64,000 bases of DNA. It comes from Spirochaetota bacterium. GTDB taxonomy: Bacteria > Spirochaetota > Spirochaetia > ARS1246. Positions within the stretch are counted from its first letter, which is position 1, and each line of letters starts with the position of its first letter. A program made the position numbers and the translations under genes. A model generated the notes under the pieces. That model was not told the DNA's origin. It saw nothing but the letters and a program-made list of their open reading frames with translations, and searched no databases. Of this stretch, positions 1 through 9,230 are shown piece by piece. Location: contig JAJRYZ010000255.1 of the NCBI GenBank assembly GCA_024275515.1, forward strand, positions 8,890-72,889, read 5' to 3'.

Positions 1-1509
1 ATCATTTTTGTTTTTGTTCGCTTGTATCAGAATACTGCCAGTTTTTCCTTCTTTTGCATGGATTCCATGGTATATGGCGTTTTCCACCAAAGGCTGCAGA
101 ATCATTTTGATCATCTGATGTGTGAGGATGTCCGGCTGCAAGTCGCGTTTCAGCTGAATTCGCCGACCAAATCGCATATTCTGAATCAACACATAGTCTT
201 CGACACTCCGCACTTCTTCAGATAGGGAGACATAATCTTTGCCCCTGTTGAGGTTGAAGCGATAGAGTCCGGAAAGAGCCTCTAGAACCGATACGATGTC
301 GTGTGCCCCTTTCCTCGCAGCCATCCATTTCATACTCTCAAGTGTGTTATAGAGAAAATGCGGATTTATCTGGGCTTCAAGTGCTTTGAACTGGGCCTCT
401 TTCAAGCGGCTGGTTGTATCCGCCACCTTTTTTACCAGGCGGTGAATAGCCCTGACCATACTGTTGTGCTGTTTCTGGAGTTCAGTGATTTCATCGTTTC
501 CTTCAACCGTGACGAGCTGACCGTAGTTGCCCTTCCTGACTTGCCCCATGCTGTGAACTATCGCGTCTAGTCGTCTCGTGTAGAGCCGTGAGAAAAGGAA
601 CGCAACAATGCCATCTACAATAAGAAGACCCAGGGCAAACAAAACAGTGACGGCCGCCACGCGTTGGGAGGATTGCCTGAGTATACGTACCGGGGAGAGG
701 GCGACGAGGGTCCACGGAGCGTCGGAAAGCTCTTTTTTGGAGATGAGAAACGATTCTCCGGCGAAAAGAACATGTTTCTCATTGCTCTGCAGAAGGAAGG
801 AGGCGGCGTTTTCATCGACGGCATAGGTAGAAGGGGAGGATGCGACAAAACGATTCGTTGCGAGAACGACAATCCTGTCCTCTTCAGGCAGTCTTATCGC
901 TTTCAGTACGTCTTCGAGGAGGTCCATGCGAACATCTATTTGCAGAGCTCCCAAAGCACGACGTGGAGTGTGCAGATCGGGAATACTTCGTGTCAGCTGG
1001 ATAACATCCAGTCCGGAAGGATAGAGATCAGTTTTGACCGACACCACGTCCCAAAAAAGGCGACTATAGCTGCGAAGAAGAATTTCCTGATTGTCAAGCG
1101 CTTCGGTGAGAAAAATGATCGTGCCTTCCTGCGAGTAAAGTACGCGGGGCCTAATATATAGTCGTACATTTCCGACGTACTCATCATTCTGTACACTCTC
1201 GATAAGGTCGACGAGGTCGCGATAGTCCTCGAGTTCTTGACCTTTGTCTTGGTACCCTCTTTCGGCGCGCTGGAGGATGACCTGCAAAGTTCTGCTTCTT
1301 ACCAAGACCTCCGATACAGCGCCAATCTTTGCAAGTTTGTCTTCAATGCTATCGGCCGCTTGCGTGATCGTGGCATCTATGCGACTCATTGTCTGCAGGC
1401 GAATTTGATCTACCGATCTGATGTAGGAATATGTTCCCAATAGCGCCAACGGTACCACACTGAGAACGATGAAAGTGAAAAGGAGCTTGGACCGATATCT
1501 CAGTTTCAC
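1..1509 (-). CDS. YesM-like sensor histidine kinase (TM, Cache-like region, HAMP, His_kinase), 3' end runs off the window
   Basis: Missing from the ORF track because it has no stop in the window. Manual translation from GTG at 1509 (overlapping the upstream TGA) is open to base 1 and gives MKLRYRSKLLFTFIVLSVVPL...ALEAQINPHFLYNTLESMKWMA...MILQPLVENAIYHG. Confidence 0.9.
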   Translation of the reverse strand, partial: MKLRYRSKLLFTFIVLSVVPLALLGTYSYIRSVDQIRLQTMSRIDATITQAADSIEDKLAKIGAVSEVLVRSRTLQVILQRAERGYQDKGQELEDYRDLVDLIESVQNDEYVGNVRLYIRPRVLYSQEGTIIFLTEALDNQEILLRSYSRLFWDVVSVKTDLYPSGLDVIQLTRSIPDLHTPRRALGALQIDVRMDLLEDVLKAIRLPEEDRIVVLATNRFVASSPSTYAVDENAASFLLQSNEKHVLFAGESFLISKKELSDAPWTLVALSPVRILRQSSQRVAAVTVLFALGLLIVDGIVAFLFSRLYTRRLDAIVHSMGQVRKGNYGQLVTVEGNDEITELQKQHNSMVRAIHRLVKKVADTTSRLKEAQFKALEAQINPHFLYNTLESMKWMAARKGAHDIVSVLEALSGLYRFNLNRGKDYVSLSEEVRSVEDYVLIQNMRFGRRIQLKRDLQPDILTHQMIKMILQPLVENAIYHGIHAKEGKTGSILIQANKNKND

Positions 1510-2294
1510 CGTGAATCCCTGTATTGCGTCGGCGTGCAACCTTCAATTCTGCGAAAGCATTTGGCGAAATAATTGGCGTCGCTGTAACCGATTCCCCTGG
1601 CTATATCACGGATCCTGTGATTTGTTTCTTTAAGCAGAAGTTTCGCTTCCTGATGACGCCTGCGTATGAGATGTTCATGGACCGTTGAACCGGTTTGGTT
1701 TTTGAATATGCGGCAGAGATAGTTTGGGCTTAGGCATACACCGTCAGCGATAGTCTGAATAGAGAGATCAGACCGATAGTAGTTTGCATCAATGAACTTT
1801 CGTATCTGATGAATAATCCGCTTTTCGTCTGTGGCGTGATCCGATTCCCCGGTTGCATTGCTATCGCTCATGTCGGACGGGCCTTCCCTGTCCGAATACA
1901 ATGAACTCACCGCCTTTTTTATGACGTCATGGAGTTCTTCGGTCCGCATTGGTTTGAACAGGTAATCAAGTGCGTCATATTTGAACGCACTTTTTATGAA
2001 TTCCAAATCCTGAAAGGCACTCATCAAGATAATGCGTGTTCTGCTCGACGTTTTCCTAATCGTCCGGATGAGCTCGATCCCGTCGACTTGCGTCATCACC
2101 ACGTCAGTCAATACGATGTCAGGCTTATATGTTGTGAACTCGAGGAGTGCTGCTCTTCCGTCTTCCGCATCTCTTATTTCATCTACGCCTAAGGATTTCC
2201 AATCGACAAGATCCCGTAAACCTTCCCGGATCTGTATCTCATCGTCCACTATTAGGAGTTTTACGGGCTTGCGCAGGCGTTCATGAACGTCCAT
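1506..2294 (-). CDS. YesN-like response regulator (REC + AraC HTH)
   Basis: LLIVDDE...PDIVLTDVVM...YLFKP receiver; C-terminal AraC motif LSPNYLCRIFK...IGYSDANYFAKCFRRIEGCTPTQYR. Start codon uncertain. Confidence 0.92.
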   Translation of the reverse strand: MDVHERLRKPVKLLIVDDEIQIREGLRDLVDWKSLGVDEIRDAEDGRAALLEFTTYKPDIVLTDVVMTQVDGIELIRTIRKTSSRTRIILMSAFQDLEFIKSAFKYDALDYLFKPMRTEELHDVIKKAVSSLYSDREGPSDMSDSNATGESDHATDEKRIIHQIRKFIDANYYRSDLSIQTIADGVCLSPNYLCRIFKNQTGSTVHEHLIRRRHQEAKLLLKETNHRIRDIARGIGYSDANYFAKCFRRIEGCTPTQYRDSR

Positions 2295-2466
2295 CTGACA
2301 ATGGTATGAGATCGTCTCGATTACTGTCAATGATAAGGGTGCGGGTGGTCATCATCGACAAAACCATAGGCGCGATGTTCTACAAAGAACAACGCGCCGA
2401 ATCGCCACCTGGTCTCCTTGTCCTTGTGCCGCGGCGGGTATCGCCGTACGATTCGCCGCGGAACTG

Positions 2467-4806
2467 TTACGACCCGACCGCGGCGGCAGTCGCCCTGTTT
2501 GTTAGCGATGAATCTGCGTACGGACATGCCAATACACATGGTTCGGCTACCACCGGTCGGAACTTTTTAATCGGATCATGCTTTTTTAGTGCATCTGCAA
2601 GTTTGTCTGGAGTCACAGAATCGCCGGGGTTTTCATTCACAAGGGATCCGACGTACTTGAACCCGCTTTCTCCCATGAGAGCCCACCGCTTTGTCCAATC
2701 GCAAAGATCGCCCTTGATTTTATGGAAAGAAAATTCCCTGCCTTCACAGATGAACGTGATCTCATCGGCCCCGATCGCCTTGCTCGGACACGCGGCAATA
2801 CACATTCTCTCGCAATTATCACACAGAGATCTGGCGTTGGATGAAATGAGATGTGAAGCGTCAAGCTCCGCGTCCGTAATTATGGCGATAAATCGTTGCC
2901 GTATGCCGAACTCAGGCGTTACCGCATGCGCACTCACTGTGAGATCGGCTAGTCCGGCTGCGACGGCTGCAAACCTGTTGCTGAAAAGATCGGCTTGCGG
3001 TCCTCGTGGGTTCGCCGTGTATGATCCGGTTCCCAACAGATCCATGCTGATCGCGGCCTTGTAGCCGAGTCCTTCGAGACGCTTGACGATCTGAGACGCG
3101 ATTACCGATCCCAACCATTGGGTGACATACGTGAGGAACGAATACGGTCCAACCGCTTCTGCGGGTGGCTTCGTAGCTTGTTTGAGTACTTCTTCATGGT
3201 AACGCAACGCGAAAACGAACACCGAATGAGCCGTACTCAGAAGATCCCTCGGCATGATAACGGTTCTGGTTTCCGTTTCTATTTCCGGCTCCCAGGCCCG
3301 GAAACGTATCGAGTTGTCGTTGGCGTTCAGGACCCTCTCGCCGTCGAAAAAAGGTGCAATCTGTCTAGCTATCTCTTCGATTCTGCTTACCGGCGCAACG
3401 CCAACCAGATCAGCTCCCAAATCTTCAGCGAGTGAGCTGACGGCACGAGTCACTGCAGAACGGTTTCGTCTTCCGGCGGCGCCGATCGCCGCTTCATCGC
3501 GTTTGCTATGCCTGGTCCTAATTACTTTTCGGGTGAGAATCGTGTTACCGTACGAACGATCCTTGTCTATTCCGTCGGCGCCGTCGAGAATGAGGGCAGA
3601 ATAATTGGGTGTTGTCATTGGATCAGAATGAGATTCGTCCTCCTCGATCGTCATATATGATCGAAAGCCAAGCTCCTCCAACTCCCGAGTCAAGTCATAG
3701 CATAGTGAATTGACGAAATGACGGTATCCGAAGTCGAGTATCCGTTCTGTTTCCTCCGATGTGACCTCAGATGGTTTGCTCATAGCCAATGTGACGGCAC
3801 TCTGAGCTCCAGGAAGAAGCCTTTCGATATCGATCCCGCGCCTTTTCAGCTCCCGTGCGGAGTGAACAAGGATGTGTTCGAGACCGCGTCCATGTAGACG
3901 AGAGAAAGATCTGTCCACTGTCGCTCGGGATTCGAGCTCTTCGTCAAGCCTGATGGAAAGCTTCCGCACCGGCGTTCGTGAATACTCTCTTTCCCAGGTC
4001 CGCAGATTCGCGGGGAGACAGAACTTGAGGCACTGTCCCATTTCGCCCTTTCTGATTCCGTATTTCTCGATATATTCGAGGATGTTTTTCTCATTCACCT
4101 TCTCCGGGATGTCGAGAAAGACTTCCAAATCAAAATGCTCACCCCAAGAACAGCGCCATAGGTTTTTATTGGGAAACCGGTACTCATTGTCCTCTATTAT
4201 TAATACCTTATCACCGTCGATCTCTTTTGAAAGCGCGTTGGTGGGACAGAACTTCCGGCACAGCATGCAGTTGTCGCAGACGGTTCCCGGCGGAATAAGG
4301 GGATCCGGTTCGATGTCGGCGTCCGTTATCACGGTGACGAAACGATTGCGTGCGCCGTACTCGGGAGTAAGCGCAAGCCCGTTAAAGCCCATGTCGGCGA
4401 GACCAGCCACTACCGCCATATAGATATGGCTCACATCAGGAGCGAAGATAGCGTTGAGATCTTTGTATTGATTGTAGCGCCAGATATTGCTCGAAACAAT
4501 GGGAATCGCATTGTAACCAAGATCCTCAAGATACGTAGCCATGCGATAAGATGATTCGTCCAGACGTGAATTCATCAAATACTGGATAGAGTAAGGTCCG
4601 ATGTCCTGTGGGTGCTTCTCGCCGCCCAACTCTATCGCGGTATCCGGATGATGAAAGGCCATCGAAATGACCGTGCGGCTACCGGGGAACAGCCCCTGTG
4701 GACTCATCATGATAGGCGCGTGCTCACAACGTTCCACGTTTCCGAATCCCACAAGATTTGCGCCCAGCTGATACGCGTAGTCCTTGACGATCTCTTTTAC
4801 GGACAT
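2467..4806 (-). CDS. Cobalamin/[4Fe-4S] protein of the epoxyqueuosine reductase (QueG) / reductive dehalogenase fold, with tandem repeated modules (779 aa)
   Basis: Two copies of GA(N/D)LVG...AGL(A)...TPE(Y/F)G.R.RF...ITDA followed by CDNC..C...CP, plus a degenerate middle module. ATG at 4806 has a GGAGG RBS; no Tat signal. Confidence 0.8.
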   Translation of the reverse strand: MSVKEIVKDYAYQLGANLVGFGNVERCEHAPIMMSPQGLFPGSRTVISMAFHHPDTAIELGGEKHPQDIGPYSIQYLMNSRLDESSYRMATYLEDLGYNAIPIVSSNIWRYNQYKDLNAIFAPDVSHIYMAVVAGLADMGFNGLALTPEYGARNRFVTVITDADIEPDPLIPPGTVCDNCMLCRKFCPTNALSKEIDGDKVLIIEDNEYRFPNKNLWRCSWGEHFDLEVFLDIPEKVNEKNILEYIEKYGIRKGEMGQCLKFCLPANLRTWEREYSRTPVRKLSIRLDEELESRATVDRSFSRLHGRGLEHILVHSARELKRRGIDIERLLPGAQSAVTLAMSKPSEVTSEETERILDFGYRHFVNSLCYDLTRELEELGFRSYMTIEEDESHSDPMTTPNYSALILDGADGIDKDRSYGNTILTRKVIRTRHSKRDEAAIGAAGRRNRSAVTRAVSSLAEDLGADLVGVAPVSRIEEIARQIAPFFDGERVLNANDNSIRFRAWEPEIETETRTVIMPRDLLSTAHSVFVFALRYHEEVLKQATKPPAEAVGPYSFLTYVTQWLGSVIASQIVKRLEGLGYKAAISMDLLGTGSYTANPRGPQADLFSNRFAAVAAGLADLTVSAHAVTPEFGIRQRFIAIITDAELDASHLISSNARSLCDNCERMCIAACPSKAIGADEITFICEGREFSFHKIKGDLCDWTKRWALMGESGFKYVGSLVNENPGDSVTPDKLADALKKHDPIKKFRPVVAEPCVLACPYADSSLTNRATAAAVGS

Positions 4807-4808
4807 TT

Positions 4809-5561
4809 TCAGTTTCCTCCATTGCATAGGTTGCATGATATTTTTTTTGCGGTTTGAATGACTAAATTCAGAATTCGTTTCTTGTGCTTTCCCGTGAATC
4901 TTGATACGGGTAGGAAGACACCCAGCGCGGCGGCAATGATACCGTTGCTGCATATCCCCGCGGCAATACCGATCAGTTCACTGCCGCAAGGGCCGTATGA
5001 ATAACAGTCCATTGTTCTCAACTTCGCACAGGCCTCCTCGAGTTCTTCCACACTGGAGATGCCGTCCCACCGACCCGATGGCAGTCCTTGTGCCTTCGCC
5101 ATCCGCGCCCGTTCGCGTGGATTAAGATGAGCAATCAGCAATCTGCCGGTCGCCGTCGTGTAGGGGTCCTGCTCCTCCATGTAATCCAGACGGAGTCTAA
5201 AAGGAGAATCACGATCCACTTTACAGAGAATAACCTTTTTCCATCGGCTCAGGCGGGCAAGGAGGCATGTCTCATCCACTTCCTCGACAAGATGCTGCAT
5301 GTGAGGTTGGGCTATGTCGATGAGCTTGTGTAAATAGGAATTGGCACGGGTAAGACGGAATGGCTCCGGCCCAAGAATGTAACTTCGAGATCCGGCGGCC
5401 GTTTCAAGGTATCCGTTTCGAACTAGAGCCTGAACGATATTTGTGCATGTGGTTTGATTGATTCCGAGTTTTCTCGCGAGATCCGAAACACGTACAGGTT
5501 TTTCAGAATTAGCACTCACCAACCTGAGAATGTTAAAGGCTCGCTCAAGTACTTGTATCAT
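4809..5561 (-). CDS. IclR-family transcriptional regulator
   Basis: MIQVLERAFNIL N-terminal wHTH, L...GYL, ETC.L, TATGRLLIA, IAAGI...AALGV effector domain. Confidence 0.92.
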   Translation of the reverse strand: MIQVLERAFNILRLVSANSEKPVRVSDLARKLGINQTTCTNIVQALVRNGYLETAAGSRSYILGPEPFRLTRANSYLHKLIDIAQPHMQHLVEEVDETCLLARLSRWKKVILCKVDRDSPFRLRLDYMEEQDPYTTATGRLLIAHLNPRERARMAKAQGLPSGRWDGISSVEELEEACAKLRTMDCYSYGPCGSELIGIAAGICSNGIIAAALGVFLPVSRFTGKHKKRILNLVIQTAKKISCNLCNGGN

Positions 5562-5804
5562 GCCTGTTATCAATACTGTTGATGCGTAGCTATTATTATT
5601 GAATAGCGTCATGATGTCAATCGTTTTTTCGCGCCTCCGCAGAGTACTTGATCAGCAGACTTGAGTATTCACGTAAACCGGAGCTTCGCACTTGCGTATG
5701 GGCAGGCGGCGCCATCAAACTTTGATTTCAACGGATATTACCCGGAATCATAGTTTTTTCCTCTTGTGATCTGCAGTAGCAAGACCGCAAAATACTCTTT
5801 ACTT

Positions 5805-6749
5805 ATGCTGCCTACAAAGCTTCCGGCGGTAAAACGAAAACAAAAGCTTCTTGACTATTTGAGAAGCAACTATGACCTGTACCTGTTTCTCGTACCGGGT
5901 CTATTGGCTCTCGTCATTTTCAAATATATTCCCATACTCGGGATTTCGGTAGCCTTCAAGGACTTCACTTTGAGGGAAGGAATCATCGGCAGTCCATGGG
6001 CTAACCCCTGGTTCTTACATTTCCAAACCCTCTTCGCCTTGCCCCAATTCATCCGCGTTGTAACGAACACACTTATCATCAACCTGTACATGCTCGTGTT
6101 CCAATGGCCCATTCCGATCATACTCGCCATCGCTATCAGCGAGATCGGTAGCATGGGATATAAGCGAGTAGCCCAGACGGTAACCTACATGCCCCATTTT
6201 CTTTCTTGGGTCGTAGTAGGCGCGATTTTCATTGACATCCTTTCCACGCAAAATGGATTGGTTAATATTGTTTTGGGATGGTTCGGCGTTGAACCCGTGC
6301 TTTTTTTGGCGAGGCCGCCTCTGTTTCGTCCGATCCTGGTCATTTCTCAAGCGTGGAAAGAGTCTGGCTGGGCGAGCATCATCTATCTGGCAGCCCTGCA
6401 GTCAATCGACCCGCAGCTGTACGATGCGGCGCGCATTGACGGGGCTACTAAGATGCAGCAGGTATGGCGGATAACATTGCCGGGTCTTCTTTCCACCATG
6501 GTATTCGTCGTTTTGCTTAGAATTGCTCGCGCCTTAGACTACAACGTTCAGCAGATTATCATGCTCTACAACCCGTTAGTTTATGAGAGAGGAGATGTAA
6601 TTTCGAGCTACATCTATCGTGTAGGATTGCAGCAGCTCAAGTTCAGCCTGACAACCGCTCTCGGCGTCTTCAAAGGACTGATCGGCCTACTCATGGTTGT
6701 TTTTTCGAATTATCTTGCCAGGCGCTTCGCAGGCAGGGGACTGTTCTGA
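5805..6749 (+). CDS. Carbohydrate ABC transporter permease (LplB-like)
   Basis: YMPHFLSWVVV, GWASIIYLAAL..IDPQLYDAARIDGA (EAA loop), multiple TM segments. Confidence 0.93.
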   Translation: MLPTKLPAVKRKQKLLDYLRSNYDLYLFLVPGLLALVIFKYIPILGISVAFKDFTLREGIIGSPWANPWFLHFQTLFALPQFIRVVTNTLIINLYMLVFQWPIPIILAIAISEIGSMGYKRVAQTVTYMPHFLSWVVVGAIFIDILSTQNGLVNIVLGWFGVEPVLFLARPPLFRPILVISQAWKESGWASIIYLAALQSIDPQLYDAARIDGATKMQQVWRITLPGLLSTMVFVVLLRIARALDYNVQQIIMLYNPLVYERGDVISSYIYRVGLQQLKFSLTTALGVFKGLIGLLMVVFSNYLARRFAGRGLF

Positions 6750-7621
6750 TGGCAAGCAGAATCCGTGACCGTGATGAATTCCGTTTTAGGATGGCGAGCA
6801 CCATAACAGTAACAGTTTTCCTCATTGTGACTCTTATCCCATTCATAAACATCATTAGCAAATCCCTGAGTGATGAGGCGTCAGTGCTTGCCGGTGAAGT
6901 GCTCCTGTGGCCCATTAATTTCAATGTGCAGGCGTACAAGATCGTATTGGCTAACCATGAGTTTCTTCGCGCACTCAGTATTTCTGTCTATGTCACCGCC
7001 GTTGGAACTATTCTGACCACTACCGCCACAGTGTTAGTGGCGTATGCTCTTTCACGAGACTATCTGAAGGGGCAAAGGGTTTTCCGCTTTCTCTATATCT
7101 TTACTATGCTTTTCAGCGGAGGACTCATTCCAACATACCTCGTCGTCAGGGCGGTCGGTCTCATCGATAATCTCTATGCCCTGATTCTACCCAACCTAGT
7201 GGGTGTGTTTCAAATGCTCCTAGTGTCGAACTACTTCTATACAATACCCAAAGACATCGAAGAGTCGGCAAAGATTGATGGAGCGGGAAACACATTGATT
7301 CTGCGCCGTATTATGGTGCCTTTAGCCATGCCGGTCATTGCCACGATTATCCTCTTCTATGCCGTTGGCTTGTGGAATGAGTTCTTTGCGGCCCTCATGT
7401 ACCTAAATCGCAGAGATCTCAGACCTCTGCAAATCTACCTGCGGGATCTTATTATGCAGGCTGATAATAATCAAATGAATGCAGACATTATGCGGGATGT
7501 ACCAATGGAGAGTATCCAAGGCGCAACGCTGGTGGCTGCCACAGCGCCCATTCTGATCGTATATCCCTACCTTCAGCGATACTTCGTGAAGGGAATGATG
7601 GTAGGAGCGGTAAAGCAATAG
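6749..7621 (+). CDS. Carbohydrate ABC transporter permease (LplC-like)
   Basis: FTMLFSGGLIPTY, IP..IEESAKIDGA, YPYLQRYFVKG...GAVKQ. Confidence 0.93.
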   Translation: MASRIRDRDEFRFRMASTITVTVFLIVTLIPFINIISKSLSDEASVLAGEVLLWPINFNVQAYKIVLANHEFLRALSISVYVTAVGTILTTTATVLVAYALSRDYLKGQRVFRFLYIFTMLFSGGLIPTYLVVRAVGLIDNLYALILPNLVGVFQMLLVSNYFYTIPKDIEESAKIDGAGNTLILRRIMVPLAMPVIATIILFYAVGLWNEFFAALMYLNRRDLRPLQIYLRDLIMQADNNQMNADIMRDVPMESIQGATLVAATAPILIVYPYLQRYFVKGMMVGAVKQ

Positions 7622-7666
7622 CATATCCCGGTTCCGCATGGGATCGGAAAAGCAATGGAGGTTTCT

Positions 7667-9133
7667 ATGAAAAGATTTTTGGTGGTTACGTTGATGGCGT
7701 TCGTTGTTGCATCGGTTGGGTTCGCTGCAGCCGCCGCAGAACAGGAAGCGTCCTCTGAGCGTATTACGCTTACCGTTTGGACGAATTCAAACATGGAAGC
7801 GTTTCCTCCGGGACAAGATGAGAACAACAATCCCATCCATGCGTATCTGGAAGAAAAAACGGGCTATAAGCTTCACTGGCTTATTGGTTCTCAGGAAAAC
7901 GCCCTGGCAAAACTCAGCCTCCTCTTGGCATCAGGCGATCCTCCTGATCTGCTCTCTCCCATATCGAGGCAGTTTTTCGGCGAGCTCGTGAACCAGAGGG
8001 TGTTGTATGAACTTGATGAACTGATAGAAAAACGCGGCTCAATCTTTAAAAGAGACGACGTCGTGCCGGCCGGTCTTTGGCTGGCAGCACGTTCCGGTGG
8101 CCACACGTACGGTATTCCACAGCAAGGCGCCGTTCAGTCGCTGGGCGGGCCGCTCATCCGGAAAGATTGGCTGGATGAAGCAGGCCTTGAAGTTCCGACA
8201 ACAATCGAGGACTTCTATAACGTTTTGCAGGCATTCAAAACCATGCGTCCGGAATCCATACCCATGACAGGAGATACAAACAGTGTCCGGGGGGGGATAT
8301 CGCCGTTTGCCGGCCACTTCAATGCTGCAGTGATTTACGCGGAGTCGAATGGCAAGGTAATCGACACTCGGGTTACTGACGATATGAAAGAGTTTCTAGG
8401 CTTTCTTGCACGGCTCGTTCGCGAAGAACTCTTGGATCAGGAATACGTGATCAACAAAGGTAAGAATATCAAGGAGAAAGTGGCCGGCGGTAAAGTTGGT
8501 CTCTTTTCGAGTGCTCCTTGGGGATTGCGAGATCTTCTTCCCGCCTTTGAGGAAAAGAATCCGGGAGGCAAGTACATTTTTATCGCGCCTGCGATAGATA
8601 AGAACGGAAATGCAGGCGTACGTGAGCGGAACCCGATTCGAGGATTTGCCACGATTGCAGCCGATTCGAAGCATCCCGATGAAGCGTTTGATTTTCTCGT
8701 AAAATATGCTTCCAGCCGGGAAATCCAAGACTTTGTGTCCTACGGCGTGGAAGGAGTTCACTACAATAGGGACTCGAACGGCATTATCACAGCCACGGAA
8801 GCCGGGGCGGCGAGAAAGCACAACATTTACTACGTGATTTGGAATACGCCCGATGCGCACCTGATGCGGGCGAAAATGAAGGGCTTTTGGCCGGTCTATG
8901 AGCCAACATTCAAATACTCTCTGTACAAAGACGTCACTTCTTATGCACCCCCTATCGCCGACCTGGAGGCCGTAAAGACGCAGTTGGCGGATCTCACCGA
9001 CGAGATGTTCGATAAAATCATTATTGGTGCCGAACCCTTATCTGCTTTCGATGAGTATAAAAGGCAATGGAAGCAACTTGGCGGACAAAAAGCGCTTGAT
9101 GCGGTAAACGCCTGGTACGCAAGTACACAGTAA
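7667..9133 (+). CDS. Extracellular solute-binding protein, carbohydrate family 1 (LplA-like)
   Basis: Signal peptide, LLASGDPPDL, IRKDWLDEAGLEVPTTIEDFY, YGVEGVHY; GGAGG RBS before ATG 7667. Confidence 0.92.
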   Translation: MKRFLVVTLMAFVVASVGFAAAAAEQEASSERITLTVWTNSNMEAFPPGQDENNNPIHAYLEEKTGYKLHWLIGSQENALAKLSLLLASGDPPDLLSPISRQFFGELVNQRVLYELDELIEKRGSIFKRDDVVPAGLWLAARSGGHTYGIPQQGAVQSLGGPLIRKDWLDEAGLEVPTTIEDFYNVLQAFKTMRPESIPMTGDTNSVRGGISPFAGHFNAAVIYAESNGKVIDTRVTDDMKEFLGFLARLVREELLDQEYVINKGKNIKEKVAGGKVGLFSSAPWGLRDLLPAFEEKNPGGKYIFIAPAIDKNGNAGVRERNPIRGFATIAADSKHPDEAFDFLVKYASSREIQDFVSYGVEGVHYNRDSNGIITATEAGAARKHNIYYVIWNTPDAHLMRAKMKGFWPVYEPTFKYSLYKDVTSYAPPIADLEAVKTQLADLTDEMFDKIIIGAEPLSAFDEYKRQWKQLGGQKALDAVNAWYASTQ

Positions 9134-9155
9134 CAAGCAGCCTGTCAATCCAAAG

Positions 9156-9188
9156 TGGAGCCGCAGGATGAGAATTCCTGCGGCTCCA
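9156..9188. terminator. Perfect 13-bp stem-loop between convergent genes (likely bidirectional terminator)
   Basis: TGGAGCCGCAGGA-N7-TCCTGCGGCTCCA. Confidence 0.7.
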
Positions 9189-9230
9189 ACAATTAGAAAG
9201 TTCCTGCAATCCGGCTGAACAGGAATATCT

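Noticed and set aside
4807-4953. N-terminal extensions given by the ORF track (also at 15187, 42927, 46127, 50688, 55294, 57414, 58920, 61909)
   Set aside because: They overlap upstream genes or lack an RBS; the downstream starts fit RBS position and/or family N-termini better.
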